A program made the position numbers and the translations under genes. From a bacterium (GTDB lineage: Bacteria; UBA8248), in the NCBI GenBank assembly GCA_965207065.1, contig OZ242260.1:1760001-1824000 (forward strand): a stretch of 64,000 bases of DNA, given 5' to 3'. Numbering within the stretch: position 1 is the first letter of the stretch; each line of letters starts with the position of its first letter. The notes under the pieces are model-generated. The model worked only from the letters and a program-made list of their open reading frames with translations. It was not told where the DNA came from and ran no database searches. Shown here one piece after another: positions 56,744 to 64,000 of this stretch.

Positions 56744-57487
56744 TCACTTCCACCCCGAAGGTCCGAAAATCAAAAGAGCGAGCGCTGCGGCAATCATCAG
56801 CCCCAGGCCGCTCGCGTAGCCCAAAGCGGGCGGGATGCGTCCGCGGATCAGTCTTCCCATCAGGAATCCGGCGACGGCGGGCAGAATTGATACGGCGGAG
56901 CGCGCTGACTCGAAGGCCCCCAGTGCGCCCGAGCCGCTCAGGATGGCAATCTGAACGCTCGCGAACACCAGCGCGCTCGTATAGGTGAGCCGCATCATCC
57001 GGGCGCGGCCTGCGCCCATGCTGTCGAGATACATGATGCTTATGGGGTTGCCCGCGTATGAAAAGCCGCTCAGCCCGCCCGCAAAAAACCCGGCCAGATA
57101 GGTGAAGAAGGTCTCGTCGCGCATATCGAGTTGGACTCTCTGGCGCGAGATGCTGTAGATGGCGAACAAAAGGACGAGGACGCCCACCGACCACTTGAGG
57201 AACGTGGGCGGACTGGAGATCAGGGTCAGCACACCCACGGCGGCGCCCGCCGCACCCGCGCCCAGGTAAGGCATGAGGCGTTTGAGCGAGGGGGTGGGAA
57301 CGCCGCCTCCGATCGCGCGAATCGCCACCAGGATCAAGTTGGGCAGCGAGAGGGTGAGCACGGAATCGCGCACGCCGACGAGGGCGCCCAGCGCAGGCGT
57401 CGCCACGAGGCCGAAATCGATTCCTGCGGCTCCCTCCAGGAAGGCCGCGGCGAAAACAAGAAGCGTGATATCCCAGGTTGGCCACAT
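56744..57487 (-). CDS. TauE/SafE (TSUP) family exporter
   Basis: ~8 TM; GAAGIDFGLVATP; repeated GxxG pattern. Confidence 0.8.
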   Translation of the reverse strand: MWPTWDITLLVFAAAFLEGAAGIDFGLVATPALGALVGVRDSVLTLSLPNLILVAIRAIGGGVPTPSLKRLMPYLGAGAAGAAVGVLTLISSPPTFLKWSVGVLVLLFAIYSISRQRVQLDMRDETFFTYLAGFFAGGLSGFSYAGNPISIMYLDSMGAGRARMMRLTYTSALVFASVQIAILSGSGALGAFESARSAVSILPAVAGFLMGRLIRGRIPPALGYASGLGLMIAAALALLIFGPSGWK

Positions 57488-57505
57488 CGGTTCTGGTGAA
57501 TCCGG

Positions 57506-58504
57506 CTAGAGGTTCAACAGTCGCTGAATGTTCTTGTGCGAGACGTTCTCGTATTCTTCCTGGCTCAAACCCGACTGCCGGAGCGTTTCGACCGCATCGG
57601 TGTCCGTCATGTCGTAGGGCAGGTCCGTGCCCAGCACGACCCGGTCTCCTCCCATGACGTCCACCAGGAAGCGCACGACGGGCGGATGAAATACCAGCAT
57701 GTCCAGGTAGAAGTTCGAGCGCAGGTACTCGATGGGCGCGCGAGATATGTTCTTGCACTCGGGCCGCACCTTCCAGCCGTGTGCGAAGCGGCCGACCAGA
57801 TAGGGCACGGTTCCCCCGCCGTGCAGGAAGATGAAGGTGAGGTTCGGCAGCCTCTCGAAAATGCCGGAGAAGATGAGGCGCCCGATGCTGTTCGCGCTCT
57901 CCGTGGGGAAGCCGACGAGGTTGAACAGGTGGTAATCCTTCATCTGCGCCGCGCCCGCCGGATTGGCCGGATGGACGATGATAGGCACGTCCATGCCCGC
58001 AGCAGCCTCGTAGATGGGATAGAAACTCTCATCATCGAGGTACCGTCCGTTCACGTTCGTGCTCAAAAACCCGCCTTTGAGCCCCAGCTTGTTCACGGAG
58101 CGCTCCAACTCCTTCACCGAGAGGTCGACGTTCTGCGCAGGCAGCGATGCCAGGCCATGAAACTTGGTGGGGTGTTTCTCGATGATGCCGGCGTAGGCGT
58201 CGTTCGCCGCCTTGCAGAGTTCATCAGCCAGTCCGTCGTCTGCCCAGTAGCAGCCCGGGTTCGACGAGAAGGAGAGGATGTTCATGTCCAGGCTCATCTC
58301 GTCCATTGTCTCGAGCCTTAAGTCCACGTTGGTGAAAGGCTCGATGGGCGGATGCATCATGCCCTTGATGTCCACGATGCGTTTGCCCTCGGCGTTCGTG
58401 GTGAGCTTCACGCCGTATCGCGGGCCTTCTTTTTCCAGGATTTCAAAGTATTCATCGGGATATATGTGGCAATGAGCGTCGATGTGCATTCTTATCGTCT
58501 CCAT
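57506..58504 (-). CDS. Amidohydrolase-2 family (ACMSD-like decarboxylase)
   Basis: IDAHCH, IVHP, HGGGTVP, LGTDLPYD. Confidence 0.88.
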   Translation of the reverse strand: METIRMHIDAHCHIYPDEYFEILEKEGPRYGVKLTTNAEGKRIVDIKGMMHPPIEPFTNVDLRLETMDEMSLDMNILSFSSNPGCYWADDGLADELCKAANDAYAGIIEKHPTKFHGLASLPAQNVDLSVKELERSVNKLGLKGGFLSTNVNGRYLDDESFYPIYEAAAGMDVPIIVHPANPAGAAQMKDYHLFNLVGFPTESANSIGRLIFSGIFERLPNLTFIFLHGGGTVPYLVGRFAHGWKVRPECKNISRAPIEYLRSNFYLDMLVFHPPVVRFLVDVMGGDRVVLGTDLPYDMTDTDAVETLRQSGLSQEEYENVSHKNIQRLLNL

Positions 58505-58621
58505 GATGGGAAAAGCCGAACCGGATTGTTAGCACCCGCGAATGAGGGGTGTCAATGATAAGGCGTCTTTCCGCCCGGTTGTGGATTCACAATTTTTTTG
58601 CTTCGGCTGGAGGTAGATAAG

Positions 58622-59398
58622 TCAGGGCTTGATGGCCCGGATGGTCGCGCTCGCGAGTTCAGGCGTGACGTAGGGTTTACGCCCAATGATTTCCACGTTG
58701 GCGAATCCGGCCTCGCGCAGCCCGGCAGTATAAGCATGCTCGCTGATTGCGCCCGCGATGCACGCGCACCAATCCTCGATGGAGGCTTCTGCGGATGACT
58801 CGGTGGTTTCGTTTCCGGCTGGTTCTCCCGCCCTGATGATGTCCGACACCACGAAACGCCCGCCCGGACGCAGTACGCGGAAAGATTCGCGGAACACGGC
58901 CGCCTTGTCCGGCGAGAGATTGATGACGCAGTTGCTGATGACGATGTCGACCGAGGCGTCTTCAATCGGCATGTCCTCCATCTCGCCCTTTCTGAACGAG
59001 ACGTTTTGAGCGCCCAGCCTTTGTCTGTTTTTCTCCGCTTTCTTCAGCATGGCGTCCGTCATGTCGAGGCCGACCACGCTTCCGCGCGGCCCCACCTCCT
59101 TCGCGGCAAGAAAACAGTCCAGCCCCGCGCCCGAGCCTAAGTCCAGCACAGTCTCGCCCGGCTTGGGATGAGCGTCCGCAATGGGATTCCCGCATCCCGC
59201 GTTGGCGCTCAGAACGTCACGAGGAAGCTCTCCCAAGTCTTCTTTCGCATATCCGATACTTTGGACGTTATCGGCGCCCATAGGCATCTCGGCGTCTGAG
59301 TCACCGCAGCAGGAAACCTCGCCCGCGGCGACCTTCGCATAAAGCTCGCGAACCGCGCTTTTGATTTCACCTGAATCGTCGCAGCATCCAGCGGACAT
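58622..59398 (-). CDS. arsM: Arsenite S-adenosylmethionine methyltransferase
   Basis: N-terminal CC pairs, [28 protein letters not shown]. Confidence 0.88.
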   Translation of the reverse strand: MSAGCCDDSGEIKSAVRELYAKVAAGEVSCCGDSDAEMPMGADNVQSIGYAKEDLGELPRDVLSANAGCGNPIADAHPKPGETVLDLGSGAGLDCFLAAKEVGPRGSVVGLDMTDAMLKKAEKNRQRLGAQNVSFRKGEMEDMPIEDASVDIVISNCVINLSPDKAAVFRESFRVLRPGGRFVVSDIIRAGEPAGNETTESSAEASIEDWCACIAGAISEHAYTAGLREAGFANVEIIGRKPYVTPELASATIRAIKP

Positions 59399-59928
59399 GG
59401 ATGGAACCTCCTCGTCGGTAGCATTCGGGCTTCGCGAATAGACGCCCCGAACTTGAGTAGGATAGCAAGGACGCGGGGGAGAGGGGAAGGGGGAATTCTT
59501 TCTGATGACGAGGGAATCGCGCCACACTTCCAAGTATGCCCGATGCCGCTAAATACGGTGCAGGTAGTCATTCCTCCCCGCTCGGAGCAGGGCGGTTCGC
59601 GAGCCGGGCGGATAACGTGTACATTGTATCCATCCATACCGTCTTCGTTTAGTTTTGGTATGAGCGCGCGCGGGTGGATGGCGGCCTGGTCATCGTCGGC
59701 GGGCTCTAGGAGATCGTGTCTACGACATCCGGCGGTGCAGTCGGAGCCATGCTTAGGCAGTTCTCGGGAATGAGCAAACCGCTCTTCATACTCTTCTGCC
59801 TCGAAACCAATTAGTCGGGAGCGGCCGACCAGGTCAGAATTAAGGACGGCTGGCGCGCATGCAGATATGGCCGATTTGATTCCTGTAATTCCGTTTTTTT
59901 CGGTAACCCAATCATTGAAAGGAAAATC

Positions 59929-60954
59929 ATGACTAGAATTTTTGTGCCGCAACCGATTCCGGAGGCCGCTGCCGCCAAGCTCGATACACTGGGCGAGGTG
60001 ACCACATATCCACATGTCGACCGAATGATCCCGGAATCAGAACTGCTGGAAGCCGTGCGTGACAAACACATACTGTTCGGTATCGGGGAGATCCCCTTCA
60101 ACGAGCGAGTGTTCGAGGCGGCGAAAGAGTTGCAGTTCGTCTCCGTCATGCACGGGTCGGCGAAGTTCATCGATTTTGCAGCGGCGACGCGGCGCAACAT
60201 TCCGGTCTCTGGGCAAAAAAGCATGACCCAGAAAACAACCGCGGAATTCACTTTTGCTCTTTTGATGGCGACGGCGTGGCGATTGCCGGAGGCGGATACG
60301 TTCCTCCGGGAGGACCGCTGGCGGCAGAATCAGTCGATGGCTTTCATGGGTACGCGCCTCTTCGGCAAGACGCTCGGAATCGTCGGGATGGGCCGGATCG
60401 GGCAACTGTTGGCGCGCAAAGCCGCCGCATGCGATATGCGCATTACCTACAACAAGCGCACCCCGCTGAGCCCGGCGGAGGAGTTCGTTCTGGGTTCAGC
60501 CGAATTCCGCACCCTGGACGATTTGTTCAGAGAGGCGGATTTCATCGCATTGACCCCGGCGCTCACCAAAGACACGGTGGGTCTCATCAATGAACACCTT
60601 ATCTCTCTCATGAAGCCGAGCGCTATTCTGATCAACACTTCGCGCGGACTCGTTCTGGACGAGGCGGCCCTGGAGAAAGCCCTGAGAGAAATGCGAATTC
60701 GGGGCGCCGGGCTGGACGTCTATCAGACCGAGGTACCCGAGCCCAACCCGGGGCCGATAGCGGGGCTTAAAGATCTGCCGAATGTCGTTCTTACCCCGCA
60801 CATGGGGAGCGCGGGCCGCGAGACGCGCGAGGAGATGGCCTTGCGTACTGTGATGAATATCGAGCGCTTCATCGCCGGCAAGCGGCCGTATGACGTTTTC
60901 AACCCCGAAGTTTACGGCAAGGCGGCCATTACGGGAGACGAGGTCATCGGATAA
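59929..60954 (+). CDS. Glyoxylate/hydroxypyruvate reductase-like D-2-hydroxyacid dehydrogenase
   Basis: GMGRIG, INTSRG, GLDVY, TPHMGS. Confidence 0.9.
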   Translation: MTRIFVPQPIPEAAAAKLDTLGEVTTYPHVDRMIPESELLEAVRDKHILFGIGEIPFNERVFEAAKELQFVSVMHGSAKFIDFAAATRRNIPVSGQKSMTQKTTAEFTFALLMATAWRLPEADTFLREDRWRQNQSMAFMGTRLFGKTLGIVGMGRIGQLLARKAAACDMRITYNKRTPLSPAEEFVLGSAEFRTLDDLFREADFIALTPALTKDTVGLINEHLISLMKPSAILINTSRGLVLDEAALEKALREMRIRGAGLDVYQTEVPEPNPGPIAGLKDLPNVVLTPHMGSAGRETREEMALRTVMNIERFIAGKRPYDVFNPEVYGKAAITGDEVIG

Positions 60955-61191
60955 CCGGCGAATCGGCTGTTTTACTTCCGGGAACCATTGCGCCTTGTAA
61001 TTATCGGCACTCCTCCACCTCTGAAACTTGCGGGTGTCCGCACTCATCGAGCTTCACCCGTGACCGGATGGCCGCCCGCAGAGACCCCTGCGGCGAGGCG
61101 AGCAGGGGTTCCCCGCTGCGGGTTGCGGGAAAAGCGCTTCCGTGCAAACTTGGGGCCGGACCGCCCCCTTTCCTCTATCACGCGTTGAGAC

Positions 61192-63924
61192 ATGACGGAA
61201 GATAAAAAACGAATCTTTCTGATTGACGGCTCGGGCTACATGTTCCGGGCCTATTACGGAACGATGCGCCAGCGTCTTTCGAACTCGAAGGGCGTGCCCA
61301 CAGGCGGTACGCTAGCGTTCGCCAGAATGCTCCTGAAAGTCATCCGGGAGCGAGGACCCGAGTACGTGGCCATCGCCTTCGATCGCCCCGAGCCCACCTT
61401 CCGCCACGAGATTTACCCCGCCTACAAGGGAAACCGCGACGCCGCGCCGGAAGACCTGGTCGAGCAGATCCCTTACATGCACCGCGTGGTCGAGGTGCTG
61501 CGGATCCCGCTTCTCGTACAGGTTGGGGCCGAGGCCGACGACATCATCGGCACGCTGGCCGCGCGCGCCGAAGCGGAGGACTTCGAGGTCGTCCTGGTGA
61601 CGGCGGATAAGGACTTCGCCCAGCTGGTCACTGAAAACGTGCGCATCTGGGACCCGATGAAGGACGAAGAGATGGGGCCTGCTGAGATCGAAGCGAAATG
61701 GGGCGTGCCGCCCGAAAAATTCGTGGATATCCAGGCGCTCATGGGAGATACGGCGGACAACATTCCAGGCGTGCCCGGCATCGGGGAGAAAACAGCCGTC
61801 GCCCTGATCCAGCAGTTCGGCGGACTCGACCAGGTGCTCGCATCTACTGATCAGATAAAACGCCCCAAGCAACGCGAGAACATCGAGGAAAACGTCGAGA
61901 TGGCGAAGCTCTCGCGGCAGCTTTGCACCATCAAGCGCGACCTGACGCTCGAAGGGGACCTGGAATCTTGCCGTCTGGGCGACGCCGACATCGAGGCGGG
62001 CCGAAAACTCTTCGCCGAGGAGCTCGAATTCAAGAACATCATCGAACAACTCCCCGGATACAGCGCAACAGAGGCCGAGGAAGCTGCGACCGAAGAGGCG
62101 GCTGCTCCAGCCGTAGAGGAGGAGCGCGATTATCACGTCATCAGAACGCAGGAAGATCTGCGGTCGATGACCGCAGAACTCGAAAAGGCGGGGCGCTTCG
62201 CGTTCGATCTGGAGACCACATCGCTCGATCCCATGAAGGCGCGCATCGTGGGTTTCAGTTTTTCCGCCGCTGCCGGCCGCGCGTTCTACGTCCCGGTGGG
62301 GCATGAGACGATGGATTCGGGCCCCCAGCTTGTGCTCGAAGACGTGCTCCGTGAAGTCTCGCCGCTGCTTGAATCGACTCAAATCGAGAAAATCGGCCAG
62401 AACATCAAATACGACATCGCGGTGCTCAAAGAGGCCGGCCGCGAGGTTTGCGGCCCCTTGTTCGACACCATGCTCGCCTCCTACCTCCTGCTCTCGAGCC
62501 GCAGGAGCCACGGGATGGACCATCTGGCGCAGGAGTACTTCGGGGTGACGACCATCAAATATGCCGATCTGTGCGGCAAGGGGGCGAAGCAGATTCCCTT
62601 CTCCCACGTGCCGGTCGAGGCGGCGGCCCCCTATGCCTGCCAGGATGCGGATATTACATATCGCCTGGCCCTGGAGATGGCGCCGCAACTGAAAAGTGAT
62701 GGTCTCGTGAACCTGTTCGAGGAACTCGAAGTCCCGCTCCTGCGCTTCCTGCTTGAAATGGAGCGCGCGGGCATCCGGCTGGATCGGGAATTCCTGCAGA
62801 ACATGGGCAAGGAGCTCGAAGCGCGCCTCGAGCAGATGACAAGCGAAATCCACGGGCTGGCGGGCCAGGAGTTCAACATCAACTCCACCCAGCAGCTGCG
62901 CGTCATCCTGTTCGAAAAGCTGAACCTGCCCGTGATTAAGAGAACGAAAACAGGGCCTTCCACCGACATCGACACGCTGGAGAGGCTGGCCCCTCAGCAC
63001 CCCTTGCCCCAGGAAATCCTGAGTTTCAGACAGCTCTCCAAGCTCAAGAGCACCTACGTGGATACCCTGCCCGAACTGGTGAACCCACGGACGGGCCGCA
63101 TCCACGCGCGCTTCAACCAGACGGTCGCCGCCACGGGCCGCCTGAGCGGTTCCGACCCCAATCTGCAGAACATCCCCATCCGCACGGATCTGGGCCGCCA
63201 GATTCGCCGGGCCTTCCTGCCCGAGGCGGGGTGGAAGCTCTTATCTGCGGATTACAGCCAGATCGAACTGAGGGTCCTGGCGCATTTCACGAACGACCCG
63301 GCCCTCGTCGACGCCTTCGGCAAGGGGGAGGACATTCACGCCACGACCGCCTCGGCCGTCTACGGCGTGGCCCTCGACGGGGTGGACTCCGAGATGCGCC
63401 GCGTCGCCAAGGCGGTGAATTTCGGTATCATCTACGGGCAGGGGCCCTTCGGCCTCTCCCAGACCATCGGCATCCCGCAGTCAGAAGCCCGCTCGTTCAT
63501 CGACACCTATTTCGAGCGATTCGCCGCCGTGCCCGCCTTCGTGGATGAGACCATCGAGAGCGGCAGGACGCGCGGCTACGTCTCCACCATCATGGGGCGG
63601 CGCAGGTACCTGCCGGATCTGAACAGCCGGAACCGCAATGCGAAAAACGCCGCCGAGCGAACGGCGGTGAACTCCGTCATCCAGGGCAGCGCCGCCGACA
63701 TCATCAAGCTTGCGATGATAGCCATCGCCGAACGGCTTAAGAAAGAAAACAGAGAAGCGCGCATGCTCGTGCAGGTGCACGATGAACTCCTGTTCGAGAT
63801 ACCGCCCGCAGAAATTGAAAGCGTCTCCGTCCTCGTCACAGAGGAGATGCGCGGCGCAATGCCCTTACGCGTTCCGCTCGACGTGGACGTGAGCACGGGG
63901 GATAACTGGGGCGAGTTGAAGTAG
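61192..63924 (+). CDS. polA: DNA polymerase I
   Basis: 5'-3' exo (IDGSGYMFRAY, EADD), 3'-5' exo (DLETTS), polymerase motifs (DYSQIELR, KAVNFGIIYG, VHDEL). Confidence 0.98.
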   Translation: MTEDKKRIFLIDGSGYMFRAYYGTMRQRLSNSKGVPTGGTLAFARMLLKVIRERGPEYVAIAFDRPEPTFRHEIYPAYKGNRDAAPEDLVEQIPYMHRVVEVLRIPLLVQVGAEADDIIGTLAARAEAEDFEVVLVTADKDFAQLVTENVRIWDPMKDEEMGPAEIEAKWGVPPEKFVDIQALMGDTADNIPGVPGIGEKTAVALIQQFGGLDQVLASTDQIKRPKQRENIEENVEMAKLSRQLCTIKRDLTLEGDLESCRLGDADIEAGRKLFAEELEFKNIIEQLPGYSATEAEEAATEEAAAPAVEEERDYHVIRTQEDLRSMTAELEKAGRFAFDLETTSLDPMKARIVGFSFSAAAGRAFYVPVGHETMDSGPQLVLEDVLREVSPLLESTQIEKIGQNIKYDIAVLKEAGREVCGPLFDTMLASYLLLSSRRSHGMDHLAQEYFGVTTIKYADLCGKGAKQIPFSHVPVEAAAPYACQDADITYRLALEMAPQLKSDGLVNLFEELEVPLLRFLLEMERAGIRLDREFLQNMGKELEARLEQMTSEIHGLAGQEFNINSTQQLRVILFEKLNLPVIKRTKTGPSTDIDTLERLAPQHPLPQEILSFRQLSKLKSTYVDTLPELVNPRTGRIHARFNQTVAATGRLSGSDPNLQNIPIRTDLGRQIRRAFLPEAGWKLLSADYSQIELRVLAHFTNDPALVDAFGKGEDIHATTASAVYGVALDGVDSEMRRVAKAVNFGIIYGQGPFGLSQTIGIPQSEARSFIDTYFERFAAVPAFVDETIESGRTRGYVSTIMGRRRYLPDLNSRNRNAKNAAERTAVNSVIQGSAADIIKLAMIAIAERLKKENREARMLVQVHDELLFEIPPAEIESVSVLVTEEMRGAMPLRVPLDVDVSTGDNWGELK

Positions 63925-63942
63925 CGGAGGCGCACGTTCCCC

Positions 63943-64000
63943 ATGTCCAATCTCTACGCGGTCGGCGACATCCACGGCCAGATTCATATGCTCGAAGCCC
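63943..64000 (+). CDS. Metallophosphoesterase (Ser/Thr phosphatase-like), 5' fragment
   Basis: MSNLYAVGDIHGQ; GDIHG motif; runs off the window. Confidence 0.75.
   Translation, partial: MSNLYAVGDIHGQIHMLEA

Noticed and set aside
39375-59398. Selenocysteine (UGA) recoding in nfuA, arsM or other Cys-motif proteins
   Set aside because: The motifs are encoded with ordinary Cys and the ORFs are full length
60955-61191. Possible ncRNA upstream of polA
   Set aside because: GC-rich hairpins are present but match no family I recognise; compatible with chance
26685-63105. Long antisense ORFs (e.g. 26685-28352, 30194-32038, 39954-41372, 52158-53690, 61312-63105)
   Set aside because: Expected in high-GC DNA opposite well-supported genes; no recognisable motifs
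1-64000. tRNA, rRNA, autonomous transposase, integrase or prophage genes
   Set aside because: None recognised on either strand by eye; tRNAscan-SE and ISEScan would be needed to exclude them formally

Overview
64 kb of a GC-rich bacterial chromosome, mostly housekeeping and catabolic genes. The gene style, a TPR protein, gene relics and heavy intergenic repeat load suggest a marine or host-associated bacterium, but taxonomy cannot be fixed from this window. The left end (1-3450) is a lower-GC island with a >1150-aa superfamily-1 (UPF1/DNA2-like) helicase that the ORF track missed because it runs off the window. It is followed by an orphan HigA-like antitoxin and relics of marR and dctM. The core carries ppk2, transporters, ychF and a 7-gene minus-strand operon (TIM-barrel, AmgK-like, two GNATs, MshA-like glycosyltransferase, PIG-L deacetylase, NagZ). 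It also has a GntR-led catabolic cluster (M24, DRE-TIM synthase, maleate-isomerase-like, alpha/beta hydrolase, Zn-ADH, two bicupins, nfuA), a B12 acyl-CoA mutase operon with an altered active site, yebC-ruvCAB, kdsD, arsM and polA. The most striking non-coding feature is a set of intergenic mosaics built from several palindromic repeat families. They include a ~150-200 bp cassette with 25-bp terminal inverted repeats that occurs in both orientations relative to shared flanks, and MITE-like ends (GGGGTTGTTGAAAAAG) enclosing variable REP-like cargo. No rRNA, tRNA, CRISPR array or transposase was seen. All family calls are by eye from motifs; no database search was run.
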